Assembly: GCA_016699105.1 (NCBI GenBank)
Contig: CP064960.1
Location: 747,696-811,695 of the forward strand
Origin: a bacterium
GTDB taxonomy: Bacteria; Patescibacteriota; Saccharimonadia; UBA4664
Direction of reading: 5' to 3'
Length of the DNA stretch: 64,000 nt
Shown here one piece after another: positions 30,210-42,227 of this stretch. The notes beneath the pieces are model-generated. The model was not told where the DNA came from. It was given only the letters and a program-made list of their open reading frames with translations, and ran no database searches. Position numbers and translations under genes: made by a program. Within the stretch, counting starts at the first letter, position 1, and each line of letters begins with the position of its first letter.

Positions 30210-30560
30210 CGCTTTGTCATGATTAAACGATCATTAAACGCTCCGCGCTTTTCTCGCTTCTCATTCTGTACGTCGAGGATATCGGCCTTCGAAAGCTCCT
30301 TCAAAGCAATTAATGCATCGATGATTTCGTACACGTCGGCGATTTCTTCGACAATGTTCGAGTCTGAGTGCGCCTCCGAAAGCTCCTGCGCCTCCTCGAC
30401 GATTTTTTCAAGATGAACTCAAGATACTCCTGGTCACCCTCAGCCGATTGGGCGGCTGGTTCTATACCTTTTGCCGCACTATTTCGGGTATCTTGTCGCG
30501 AACTAATTTTGGATATTCATTTTCCAGAGGAAGTGCAGTCTCGGTATGTTCAAAGCTCAT
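30210..30560 (-). CDS. MazG-like nucleoside-triphosphate pyrophosphohydrolase (two apparent frameshifts at A-runs)
   Basis: YPKLVRDKIPEIVRQKG...EYLEFILKKIVEEAQELSEA...EEIADVYEIIDALIALKELSKADI reads across three frames. Confidence 0.5.
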
Positions 30561-30583
30561 ATTGAGAGCTTACCAGAAAATAC

Positions 30584-30674
30584 AAAAAGAGGCTTCGGAC
30601 AGCCTCAATTTGTTGACAAATGATGTGATTGTTGCATGGCTGGGGCGACAGTCACTATTCCAAACTGAAGCGGG
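30584..30674 (-). repeat. copy (A) of the tRNA-Gln 3' end + terminator segment (att-like), including the terminator hairpin 30589-30606
   Basis: About 88% identical over 67 nt to 31412-31480. It ends with tggctggggcgacag. Confidence 0.55.
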
Positions 30675-30708
30675 CCCGGGTTACCCAATTGGGGTCCGGG
30701 CCATGTTG

Positions 30709-31226
30709 TTACAGCTCCTTTCGAAATAGTCGCATGTGCGTGCCGTCATGCGTTGTGATCGGGTCGTATTCGACGTAACCGCTCTTCAGCGGCACCGCGA
30801 GCGAAGCCGCATTGTCCGGCTCGACTCGAATTACTGAACGCTTGACGCCCGTTCACGCAGAAAGCCTTCGAGCAACGTGATGGCATGAGCCATGAGGCCT
30901 TGTCCGCGAAATTGAGGGGTAGAGTGCATAGGAGACGTTGGCGTCGCCTTCCAAAAGAGACCGTCGAGCCGTTGCCAATCTACGTTCGCCTCGACCATGC
31001 CGGCAAGTTGCCCCGATGACAGGTCAATGACTGCGAAGTTGAAAACCGGACCACCATTTTCCCAAGATTCGAGATTGCGATCTATCCACGCAGTGGTGCC
31101 TGCGATAGTGCTCGGTCCGCCGCTGAGCCACTTGGTTTGCTCGGGGTCGTCGCCGGCAACATGTGCCGCAACGTCGTCGTGCGTGAAACGTCGGATTTGG
31201 ACACGGGCATCTGAAATGCTGGACAT
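30709..31226 (-). CDS. GNAT-family N-acetyltransferase (apparent frameshift near 30850)
   Basis: The N-terminal part ends ...MAHAITLLEGFLRER. The C-terminus is in another frame (VKRSVIRVEPDNAASLAVPLKSGYVEYDP), with a GGG-run at the junction. Confidence 0.6.
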
Positions 31227-31411
31227 GTGTTTTCCTTTGTACGGATGAAAGAGCTTAAGCTAAATTACAACATATGTGCTTACTTTGTCAATTTTAGAAA
31301 GGAAATATGAAGATGAATGAATTGAATATAAACGAGACTTCAAACTGCTATCTGAGTTCAAACTCTACAGAGAAAGTTTGGATAGCTGTCAACCCTCAAA
31401 ATCGAACAAAC

Positions 31412-31434
31412 AAAAAAAGGCTTCGGATAGCCTC
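31412..31434 (-). terminator. intrinsic terminator immediately 3' of tRNA-Gln (copy B)
   Basis: AGGCUAUCCGAAGCCU hairpin followed by a U7 tract on the minus strand. Confidence 0.55.
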
Positions 31435-31464
31435 AATTTGTTGACAAATGATGTAATTATTACA

Positions 31465-31539
31465 TGGCTGGGTCGGCAGGATTCGAACCTGCGAATGACG
31501 GGACCAAAACCCGTTGCCTTACCGCTTGGCGACGACCCA
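31465..31539 (-). tRNA. tRNA-Gln (anticodon UUG)
   Basis: Folded manually: U1-A72 acceptor (TGGGTCG/CGACCCA); D-loop AAGCGGTAAGGC; anticodon stem ACGGG/CCCGT with loop TTTTGGT; T-arm GCAGG-TTCGAAT-CCTGC; discriminator G; encoded CCA. It matches the E. coli tRNA-Gln architecture. Confidence 0.85.
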
Positions 31540-31573
31540 ACGACCCTACGATTATGGTATAATCTGGGGCAAG

Positions 31574-32623
31574 ATGTCAATTTCTACACGATCCATTGTC
31601 AAAGTCCTGGCTGTGACCTTTCTGTTTGTGGGTGGTATTTATCTCATTTATCTGGCCAGACAGCCGATTGTGTGGGTTGTTGGCGGCGGCTTATATTGCG
31701 GTAGCTATTAACCCGCTCGTGGAGTGGTTTGCCCAGTTTATGCCCAAAAGAGCCGGGTGGGTGGCAGTATTCTGACCGTTTCACTCATCGGCGGGTTTAT
31801 CTTGACGATGATCATGACCTTGGTGCCACCATTGGTCTATCAGACCGAACAGTTGATTCGTAATCTCCCTATTATGCCGAAGCCTTGGTGGCTGGTGATT
31901 GGTGGGTATCAGATCAGATCAGAACGCTTAAAATGGTTGAAGTCATCCAGCAAGCGCAAGGACAGATTATTAATGGTTTGTCATCGGCGGGTGGATCAGT
32001 ATTCACCGTCGCTGGCACAATCTTCAGTGGGTTTACTGCCGTATTTACTGTACTGATCATGACATTGTTTATGGAAGTGGAAGGTCCCAAATGGCTGGAA
32101 GCATTTTGGCGCCTGGTGACACCCAAGCACCGGGTGCGATGGCAGCGGCTGGCTCATGGCATGTATGAGACGGTGACTGGTTATGTGACTGGAAACTTGA
32201 TGACAAGTTTACTGGCCGCCGGATTGACCACTATTGTTTTGATTGCGGTCGGAGTACCGTATGCGGTGCCGCTCGGTATGCTGGTGGCTATATTGGACTT
32301 TATTCCACTCGTTGGTGCAACGATCGCGGCTATTATTATAATAATTGTGTCATTTTTCACTTCACCATTCGCTGCGGTTGTGAGTGCCATATTCTTCGGT
32401 GTCTATCAACAAGTTGGAGAACCAAATCTTACAACCCTTGATCTATGGCAAAACGGTGCAGCTTTCACCGCTGGTGGTACTGACGAGCGTGTTAATTGGT
32501 GCTAGTCTCGGTGGCATCTTGGGCGCGATGGTAGCCATCCCGGTGAGCGCCAGTATTCAGATTATCGTCCGGGAATTTGTCTTAGAGAAGCTCGAAGCCA
32601 AGCGTCACGCGGCTAAATCGTAA
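31574..32623 (+). CDS. AI-2E family transporter (PerM/UPF0118), at least 3 apparent frameshifts
   Basis: [35 protein letters not shown]...[39 protein letters not shown] reads across four ORF fragments. Confidence 0.55.
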
Positions 32624-34366
32624 GCTTGTAGTTCTTCGGGCGTTGGGTTCGTCGACTGGAGTTTAAGCAATTGCTCATATAGTCCACCGCTGTGGGCTAA
32701 TTGAGCGGGAGTGCCTTGTTCGCTGACCTGGCCGTGCTCCAGGCATACAATGCTGTCTACATGGGCAATGGTACTGAGGCGGTGGGCAATGATGAGCGTG
32801 GTGCGGTCGCGCATGAGGCGTTCAAGGGCTTGTTGGACTTGGACTTCGGCACGTGAGTCTAAGGCGCTGGTGGCTTCATCTAAGATGAGAATTGGTGCGT
32901 CCTCGAGAATGGCCCGGGCGATGGCAATACGCTGCTTTTGGCCGCCGCTGAGTTTAACGCCGCGCTCGCCTATCTGGGTCTCGAGTTTGTCCGGTAATTC
33001 GTAGACAAATTTGGCATTGGCGGCTTCGATGGCTTTTTGATATTGGCTTCAGTGGATTCGGGTAATCCATAGGTGATGTTGTCGCGAACTGTGCCACTAA
33101 AGAGGGCCGGCTCTGGAAGACGACGGCTATATGTTGGCGGAGAGACTGCTGGGTGACATCGCGAATATTCTGACCATCTATTTCAATCTGACCGGCGGTG
33201 GTTTCGTAAAAGCGACAGAGCAGATTGGCAATAGTTGATTTACCTTGCCCGCTCTCGCCCACCAAAGCTAATTTGGAACCAGCGGCAGCTGCAAAACTAA
33301 TGCCGCGCAATACTGATTGTCCGTCGGCATAGCCAAAACTGACATCACTAAACGAAATTTGGCCGTTGGTAATGCGCATTGGACGCGCGTGGGTTTGTCA
33401 GTAATGGTGGCGGGTGTGTCCATGATATCAAAGAAATCTTTGGAGCCTGCGGATGCTCGTTGCAAACTATCTACAATAAATGAACTCGCAAACAATGGGA
33501 ATTGAGCCTGCGTGACCAATCCAATCAGTAAGGTGAAATCACCAAGTGTAATTACCACTGTAGGTTTGATACACCACGTAGGCGTAAATACCGGCGAATA
33601 TAACGTTGAGTCCAATGCGCCGAGCCACATCATACCAGTGCCACTCGATGGATTGGCCGCGAGTGAGCTGCTCAATTGAATGACGCTGCCTCTTGAAAAA
33701 TTGGCGCTCGAGATTTTCGGATACATAGGATTTAACTGCTCGGATTTGGTTGATAGCTTCGGTAAAACGACCTTGCGTCAGATCGAGGTGTTTGTTGATC
33801 ACTTGTTGCTTGGCTTGCCAGTGACGGCTCGAAAGTGTAGTTAACCAAATGTATAACGGGAATAATCCGCCCAGTAAGATGGCGATGGCCAGGCATAAAA
33901 CGCCAAAATGACGAGCGTCACCATGGCTGACAAAAGAATCCCAGGAAATTGTTGGCCAGGGCATTCATCATATTGGCGATAGTGTTGATGCCACGGTCGA
34001 GGCGGCTGGTGAGACGTCCGCTGACCTGGTTATCGTAAAGCTCAGCGGTAGTGTCAGGATATGGTCGTAGTAGCGGCGTGCCAGTAAGGTGTGGAGTTTA
34101 CTACCTAATTGATCACAGAATCCTTGGATATTGGCCAGAATGGTCGTGAGAAGACTGACCACCAATATGCCGACGATGAGCCAGATGAAATAACTGCCGG
34201 CTGGCAATGTCGGATGTAAGCTTTTTATCTAATCCGTCGACGAGGAATTTAAGAAAAACGGTGTGGCTTGGGCAAATAAAGCCAATATTACGACAAGTCC
34301 GGCGTTGATGAGATAGTATCGCTTCAGGCTCCACGAATATTTGATGATGCGAATGATATCTTTCAT
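32605..34366 (-). CDS. ABC exporter, fused permease-ATPase (MsbA-like), at least 5 apparent frameshifts
   Basis: The N-terminal TMD ([12 protein letters not shown]...FLKFLVDGL), Walker [10 protein letters not shown], signature/Walker B and the C-terminal D-loop IIAHRLSTI are spread over six ORF fragments. Confidence 0.65.
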
Positions 34367-34441
34367 ATGTCGTTCGATTATACCGCGTCTACCCACTCAT
34401 GCGGTAAACATTGTGCTACTATGCAAAGTAAGAGAAGTCGT

Positions 34442-36030
34442 CATGCGTATTAGTCCGCTTGGGTTGCAAACCCGATCAGATATAGCCAGCCACATTCGAT
34501 GGTATATATCGTTGCGCTGGCTATTGCTGACGGCCATTATAGTCCCCGGTCTGCTATCTCTGGCAGCGGAACAGGATTGAGTGCCGAAGTTCTGCGCGAT
34601 ACCCGTCTTGGATTGGTCATGTTTGGCATGAACGTGGTCTTTTACGGATTAGCCCGGCGGTGGCGTCATTCGATGCGTCAAGCAGCGATATTGGCAGCCG
34701 TTATCTTATTCTTTGATATTTTAATCATTACGTTTTTTATATATACCAAAGGTGGTATTGAAAGCCGAAGTATTTTTCTTCTATTTTATTCCGATTATTA
34801 TGGCCGCCGCCTTATACGGTCGCAGTGCGGTTTATGTGACAGCATTGACAGTCATGGCGTGTTATAACGGACTGATTTTGGCTGATCATTTTCACCTTGT
34901 CTCGGTCATTGGTGAGTTAACGCCATATCTGAGCAATGATAGTGCCTATGTGCTGAACTCAGTAGTGTTTACGAGCTCATCTATTTTAATAGTTACAGTG
35001 GTTGTCGATTTTCTGGCTCATTTGTTGCAGCATGATAAAGAGGCATTGGAGAAAAGTCTCGATGCCTTTGCCCAGGCGCAGACCATTGCCCACGTTGGAA
35101 GCTGGGAATACGAACTAAATTCGAGAAGTCGATGCACTGGTCGGCCGAGCTATTTCGAATATTAGGTTACAAACCTGATCGCGATGTGCCATCGTGTGCG
35201 GCTCTGACTGCGAATATGAATGAAGATGACCGTTACTCGTTCCAGCAACTCTGTGATGAAGTAATACGAGTCAGAAACCACGTCGCGGTAATTTTCGGGT
35301 CGATATCGGTGATGATACTCACTATTTGCACGCGGAAATGCGTCCAGTGGTAGGACATGAAGGCAAATCGGAATGGGTTATTGGTACTATGCACGACGTG
35401 ACTGACGCATGGCGACTGGAAGAGGCTCGCAATGATTTTGTGTCGTTGGCATCGCATCAGTTGCGGACACCGGCGACGGTGGTGAAACAATATTTGCACG
35501 TATTGGACGGCATGGCCGGTCGACTGACTCCTGAACAGCAGACGCTGGCGCAAAAAGCCTTGACGGGAATGAGCGGCAATTGCGCATCGCTAACGACCTT
35601 ATGCGGGTCGTGCAATTTGAATCAGGTCGATTGAAGCTGAAGAAATCGTCTGCTGATTTAGCCAAGCTGTTACCGACCGTTATCGCTGATTTACGACCAC
35701 AACTATCGAACCGTCAGCAGACGATTCGTTATCGGTGTCGCCGTCGATCAATCATGTGCCGGGTAGATGCCGAACGATTATGGATGGCTTTGGAGAATAT
35801 TATCGAAAAATGCCTCCAAATACAGCCCAGAACAGGCGGTTATCAAGGTAAATTTGGTACAGACAGTTGACGAGATTCGTATTTCGGTGCGTGATCAGGG
35901 GTCGGTATTGCCGAAGATGACATTCCGAAAATGTTCCAAAAATTTGCACGTGCAAAATCGCCTAAGCACGCAAGTTGGTGGGAGTGGTTTGGGCATGTAT
36001 TTGGCAAGTAAAAATTATAATGCTGCATAA
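34442..36030 (+). CDS. sensor histidine kinase (TM + PAS + HisKA + HATPase_c), multiple apparent frameshifts
   Basis: PAS-like HVGSWEYEL; HisKA SHQLRTP; HATPase GGSGLGMYLA. Spread over seven ORF fragments. Confidence 0.6.
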
Positions 36031-36380
36031 AGGCCGGACGGATCGATGTATCGTCAAGCACGGCAGCCCCTTGGTAGCGTGTGGCTTCCAATTTAATACT
36101 AACTTGCCAGAATCGGTGATTTGAAAAATGGTTTTGTTACGACTACGATCCTGAGACGTGCCTACAGTGCAAAATGCCTTTGTAGACGGTGCGATAAAGA
36201 TTCCGGCGACTGAATCTGATCGACGGCCTCTTGGTCATACACATCATAAGCGTTTGGTGTGAGCGGAAGGACATCTTCAAAAGAAACAATATTCATAAAT
36301 CGAGATTATAGTCAAAGACAATAAAGAGAAATATATTGGTTGGATATTTGAGTTGGAAAATAGATGGTTCGAGCGAATAG

Positions 36381-37812
36381 TTATATTTTAGTTCGGCGCC
36401 AGCGTGGGCCATTGGGTGTGTCGCTGACGTCAAGGTCGTGGCGCCTGAGTTCGGTACGCAATTTGTCGGCTGCGGCCCAATTTCGTGCTTCACGGGCAGT
36501 TTCACGTTCGGCGATAATGTGCTTTTGAGCGGACGTGATATCTGGTCGATTGTCGAGGTTTAATCCGAGTAATTTGTCGAGTCCGCTCAGGAGTGTGTCG
36601 AAATCGTCATTATCGAGTGTCATGCCGGGAGCGAGCTTGGTGACATATTGATAGACTTCGGCGAGTGCTTGACTGGTTGCCAGATCATCGAGCAAATGTT
36701 GCTGCACCTGCTCGAGAAAATCAGTAATCTCAGTGTCGGCTAAGCGCACTTCCGACAGATTACTCTGATGTTTGAGATCCGCCCACGCGAATAAATTGAG
36801 TAAAGGTATTTTGGGCAGCGGCAACTGATTCCCAGGAAAAGTTCATTTCTGAACGGTAATGAGATTGGAGATATAGCAATCTCAGAGCCAACGGATGAAA
36901 GCCTTTTGGATGACATCTTTGAGTGTGTACGAATTGCCCTTTGATTTAGCCATCTTTGCGCCGTCGACCAAAATAAACTCATTATGTACCCACAGGTTCG
37001 CGGGGTGTCCGTGGGCAGCTTCGGTTTGAGCCATTTCGTTCGGGTGATGGGTGCCAATGTGGTCGACGCCGCCGGTATGGATATCTATCGGGTCGTCGAG
37101 GGTAGCGTGAATGATGGCCGAGCACTCCAGATGCCACCCTGGGAACCCATCGCCCCAGGGTGAGTCCCAGTGCATGGTGTGACCTTGGTATCGGCCGACA
37201 GTAAAGAACCAGACGGCAAAATCAAAGGGACTATGTTTGTCGGGATCGGAAACTACTTCGGATCGCTCAGTTTGTTTGTCAGCTAGTTTTTGACCGGTTA
37301 ACTCGCCATATGTCGGCAATTTTGAGACATCAAAGTAAATGGCCTGTTTGGTTTGATAGGCAAAACTTTTTCGAGCAAGATTTGGACCATGGCGATTTGT
37401 TCGTCAATGAATTCGGTAGCTCGGGCGTAGCTATCATGATATTTGGGCGATTGGTAGGTATTGGGGGCAACACATTCATGGCAGCCATATCGTTCTTGAA
37501 TGCTTCGGTGTAATGGGCGGCAACATCCCAAACCGATTTACCTTCACGGGCGGCACCAGTTTCGAGTTTATCTTCACCTTCGTCGGCATCACTGGTGAGA
37601 TGACCGACATCGGTTATGTTCATGGTATGGCGGACTTTGAGTCCGGCGGCTTCAAGGGTGCGGCGGAGCGTATCGTTAAATACCGCATTGCGTAGATTGC
37701 CGATGTGGTAGTAGTTGTAAACTGTCGGTCCACAGGAATAGAGCGAGACCTCGCCGGGCTTAATGGTGGCGAGCTCTTCAGTCTGTCGGGAGAGTGTGTT
37801 GAACAGCTTCAT
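36381..37812 (-). CDS. cysS: cysteine--tRNA ligase (at least 3 apparent frameshifts)
   Basis: HIGN (HIGH motif), CGPTVY, WHLECSAI, GGVDHIGTHHPNE, KMAKSKGN (KMSKS motif) and a C-terminal DALR-like domain. Confidence 0.8.
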
Positions 37813-37836
37813 GGATATAATCCTGATAGGTTTTGA

Positions 37837-38779
37837 TCAGTAAGTCAATTTCAGCTCGGACATCGGGACTTTTACAGCGATAGGCTCCGGCATTGGGATG
37901 ACCGCCGCCACCAAATTTTTCGGCCATGGGACCAGCAGCGCCGGTAGTAGAACGCAACGGGACATTGATTTTGCCGCCATAATTTTGAAAACAGCTACCA
38001 GTTCAACGCCTTTAGTCCACTGCATTTCATTCAAGATGAGGGTATATGGTTCGGAAATATCTTTGTACCGGGCCACCGTATCGGGGTTGATTTCAGCAAT
38101 CGCCAGGCGACCATCAACATGAAATTCGACAGATTGGAGTAGTTTGCCTTTGAGGTGGAGGAGTTCAGGTAAAATGGCGGTGGCTTCACGTTTGCTTTTG
38201 TGAAGTTCGCAAAGATTAGCACCGCGTTTTGTGAGCTCAGCCATGGCGGCCACGCTTTCGGCGGTAGTGCCGGAAGTGGTTAGGCCGAGTGAGTCGGCTA
38301 GGATTGCGCTGGCGAGCTTGGCGGGCAGCGCGCTCATTGATGGGCCAGTTCAGGGCTTGAGCCATCTTGGTCACCAGTTCAGCTGTGGCGACGGCTTCTT
38401 CGACTATTTCGAGCTCGATGTCAAACCCAAAGTTTTGACGGCTGGTGTGGTGGTCAATAATGGCAAAAGGTTTACTGGTCAAAGCTGTGAAATGGTGCTC
38501 GATCGCTGATTTGATGAGGGCTGGAGCACCGGTATCGACTAAAATAACGGCATCAAATTTTGGGCATGTCTTGAATCACCCGGTCCCACCCTTCGAGCCA
38601 GCGCAGATATGGTTCGGGCTGCTTGTACGAGTACATCACCACTTTTTGCCCAGGTCACCAAGTATCTCTTCGAGACCAAGGGCGGTGCCAAGTGAATCGC
38701 CATCTGGTGAATCGGGTTGCAAGATGAGAATGGTTCCAGCTGCATCAATGAATTTTTGTAAGTCTTGGGCTGATTTCAA
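37837..38779 (-). CDS. DHH-family phosphoesterase (NrnA-like nanoRNase/pAp phosphatase), frameshifted; start approximate
   Basis: [13 protein letters not shown]...[13 protein letters not shown] (DHH motif) plus a DHHA1-like C-terminus. Confidence 0.5.
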
Positions 38780-38871
38780 AATGCTTGCCGTCCTTCCAAC
38801 GCCCGGCCTAAGGTTATTTGATCGGCGTATTCAAGATCGCCGCCGACCGGTAAGCCGCGGGGCCAGTCTAG

Positions 38872-39370
38872 TCACTTTGATATCGGTTTTTCAAGCGCTT
38901 CCCGAATGTACATGGCAGTGGATTCTCCTTCGAGGGATGGATTAGTGGCTAATATAACTTCGGTAATTCCTCTTCGGGTAGCCGTTTGAGTAAACTGGCG
39001 ATCTGGAGCCTTTCGGGTCCGATACCGTCTATGGGCGAGATGACGCCACCCAAGACGTGATACAGCCCATGATAAAGTCCGGTTTTTCGATGGCGACCAC
39101 GTCAAATGGCTCTTCGACGATGGCGATGATTGACTGTTCGCGGCTGGATGACGGCAGACATTGCACAAATCATCTTCGGCGAAATTGAAAACATTTACGG
39201 CAAGACCGGACACTGGCGTGTAAATTATCTAACGCCCGGCCTAAGCCTTGGGCGCGCTCGGGTGAATTCTTGAGGATGAAAAAGCTAATCGTTCGGCCGT
39301 GCGGACCCACGCCGGGCAGCCGGCCAAGTTCATCGATCAGTTTTTCGACTGAGTGTGGTACTACGCGCAT
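38872..39370 (-). CDS. recR: recombination protein RecR (frameshifted)
   Basis: N-terminal Hh[15 protein letters not shown]; C4 zinc finger CRKC...CNVC; Toprim [22 protein letters not shown]. Confidence 0.65.
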
Positions 39371-39392
39371 ATATCGGAATAATAAACCTTAA

Positions 39393-39680
39393 ATTACAGC
39401 CCGGGCAGACCGGAGGCCGCCAGCCATGGATTTCATTTTTCAGCAGCGACTTGCTGTGAGCGGTTGATGGCTTGGGTAATAGCCGATTCGAGCCACTTCT
39501 CCACTTTACGCGGGTCAGCTTGAGCTATAAGATCATCGTTGAGGGTTACCTTCTGGATTTTCTGCTCGCCGTTAATGCGGACTTTGACGGCGCCACCGCC
39601 AGCCTCGACCTCGATGATTTCTTTGGATAAGGCACTTTGGATTTTTTAAGTTCAAATAAAGCTTTGCTCTTCTCAAACAT
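39393..39680 (-). CDS. YbaB/EbfC nucleoid-associated protein (frameshifted)
   Basis: MFEKSKALFELKK...VEAGGGAVKVRINGEQK-like frames. This is the conserved ybaB-recR arrangement. Confidence 0.45.
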
Positions 39681-39748
39681 GATGAGGTCTGGTTGCTCCC
39701 AGTTAGATAACGCTTATGCTACAATGACCATGAGATAAAGGAATCCCG

Positions 39749-41597
39749 ATGAAGTCACGGCTCTATGGTACCACACAGCGATTGTTGTCCGGAATGAAAT
39801 CGGTTCACCTGGTACTGGCAGGCGTACTGCTAGCTGGTATGTTTGGTTTGAGTTTGTACAGTATGAAAGACAACTCGGGAATTGTTGATGAGATCGCCCA
39901 TATTCCCGCCGGTTATTCGTATGTAAAATATGGCGATTATTTTGAATCCAGAACACCCGCCATTGGTAAAAGACCTGGCGGGATTGCCTTTACTGTTTAT
40001 GGATGTCGATTTTCCGACCGAAGAACGCCCCTGGACGACTGATACCAATGGTCAATGGGAGGCTGGTTGGAGTTTTATTTATCATCTCGGTAACGATGCC
40101 AGTGCCATATTGTACTGGTCGCGGATGCCGGTGTTGTTACTGACTATCGGGTTTGGGATATGGCTCTACTGGTGGACAAAACGCCGCTGGGGTGTAGCCG
40201 TGGGTCTGTTGACACTATTCTTCTACGCACTAAGCCCGAATGTGCTGGCACACTCAGCGCTCGTGACTACCGATGCCGGAGCTACGGCTACGTTATTTAT
40301 GGCTATCGTGGCGTTTGCGTGGTACGCTACCAAACCGTCGTGGCAACGACTGCTAGGATTTTCGTTGGTGTTGGCCATTGCCCAGCTGACAAAGTTTTCG
40401 GCATTTATGTTGTATCCCTATTTGCTCATGGTATCTGTTGGGATGGTTATGGTGTGGCGACAACCAGCCAGTTGGCTATCGCGACTCAAGCACTACGTCG
40501 GTGGATTGATCGCCGCATCGGCTGCCAGTATGGCATGGGTATGGCTGGCATATGTGCCTCATACTTGGAATATGCCTCAAGATGTTCAGGATCAGTTGAT
40601 TCGCGGGAGTATCTACGACGAGCGGTGGCAGGGACTGGTTCAATTTATGACCAATATCAATGATATGAGCGTATTAAGGCCATTGGTACAATATTTGTTA
40701 GGTGTTTTAATGGTATTTGGCCGGGTTCAGGGTGGGAATGTTACATATTTCAACGGTCAGGTGAGTAATCAGAGCTTTCATTGGTATTTCCCTCAATTGT
40801 TCGTTATGAAAACGCAAGTAGCCCTGCTTATTTTCATGGTTATGCTCGTGGGGGCGATTGCTTGGCGCGTGTCACGGACGGTGTCGGCTCGGCGTTTGAT
40901 GACGGCATTTGCCGCTAATTTCCGATCTCACACTGCCGAATGGGCTTTGGGCGGTTTCGCTGCATTCTATTTCTCCGTGTCGGTGGCAGGCAACTTAAAT
41001 CTCGGCATACGGCATATACTGCCCGTCTACGTGCCGTTGTTCTTGTTGGTGGCTATCGGTATGGTGCAATGGATACGTCGCAGCCAGGGAGCGCGCAAAG
41101 TGTGGCTGGCTGGCGTATTGACGGTCGGAGCGGTTTGGTACGGTGCGAGTACTGCCATTGCTGCCCCCTACTTCATCCCCTACTTCAACGAAATCGCCGG
41201 CGGTTCGGGTAATGCGTATAAGTATTTTTCAGACTCTAGTGTCGACTGGGGACAAGACCTGGTGCGGTTACATCAGTATGTGGAAGATCATCCGGAGATC
41301 GATAAAATTGCCATCGATTATTTTGGCGGCGGGTCGCCTGACTATTACTTTTGCGACCGTCGTTATACTGACAGTGGTGAATTAATTGCAACTTCGGCTG
41401 GCTATGATTGCTCCAAATCAAAATTTGAACCATGGCATGCACAGTATGGTGAGTACCAAGGTGACTATATAGCTTGGACATTTTTGGAAAACGATCGGTG
41501 GTATGCAGGCCGAGAAGGCCATGACGGCTATAAATACTTGCGCGAGCGTGAACCGGTAGCTAAAATCGGCAGTATTTACGTCTACAAACTGCGCTAG
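39749..41597 (+). CDS. GT-C glycosyltransferase, PMT/GT39-like (apparent frameshift near 39950)
   Basis: Loop-1 DEIAHIPAGYSYVKYGDYF (DE motif), then 10 or more TM helices (FYALSPNVLAHSALVTTDAG...). Confidence 0.6.
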
Positions 41598-41705
41598 AAA
41601 TTATGGCTGAACAACTGATGCTTGTCCGTTTAGCAAATATATTGGGACAAGCGATACAAGTTATTCTCAAAAATTTGATGAAGGCATTCAGCTGGATGAA
41701 GGGGG

Positions 41706-42219
41706 TTGTATTCAGCTATGCCGGAAACAGAGGGCCATCGAGGCAGTGTAATCTACGATGCTTTTTGCGGGCGTCGGCGGAACATCAATCGCGTACGCCA
41801 GAGCTGGCAAGCAAGTTATTGCAACAGATATAAATGCGAAACGTCTGGCAATGGCGGAACACAATGCGCAAATTTATGGTGTGTCGAACAACATCGATTT
41901 CATATGTGCTGACTTTTTCAAGATGGCTTCGCATGTCGAAGCACATACCGTCGTTCTTGACCCGCCATGGGGAGGGCCAGCTTATAAATCAAAAAATGTT
42001 TTTCATATAGAGAATTTAGTCGCTCAGAGCACTATCTTAGATAATCCAGACGGCCACGCAATATTGAATTTAGCATTACGCTACTTTTCGGAGGTGGTCT
42101 TACGCGTACCGCTAAACTTTGATCTGTCAGAACTTAATTCGTACAATCACCAATCCAGGGTCTATGACGATGTTTTGGATGAGCGCGTAATTTGCCGAAC
42201 AGTGGTCTTTTCGAGCTGA
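41706..42219 (+). CDS. RNA methyltransferase, TGS1/RsmD-like (apparent frameshift near 41765)
   Basis: DAFCG(V)GGTSIAYA motif I and DPPWGGP motif IV. Confidence 0.5.
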
Positions 42220-42227
42220 TAGAAGTA

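Noticed and set aside
30584-30674. Second tRNA-Gln gene or pseudo-tRNA
   Set aside because: Only the last 15 nt of the tRNA are present and it cannot be folded into a cloverleaf. It is interpreted as an att-like remnant.
24897-31539. Integrase or recombinase that would make the island autonomous
   Set aside because: No tyrosine or serine recombinase motifs were found in any frame between the repeats or in the flanking 5 kb. The island appears to be a remnant, or the integrase lies elsewhere.
31378-31711. ORFs 31378..31704 (+) and 31389..31580 (-)
   Set aside because: They overlap the tRNA-Gln gene and its terminator. They are not coding.
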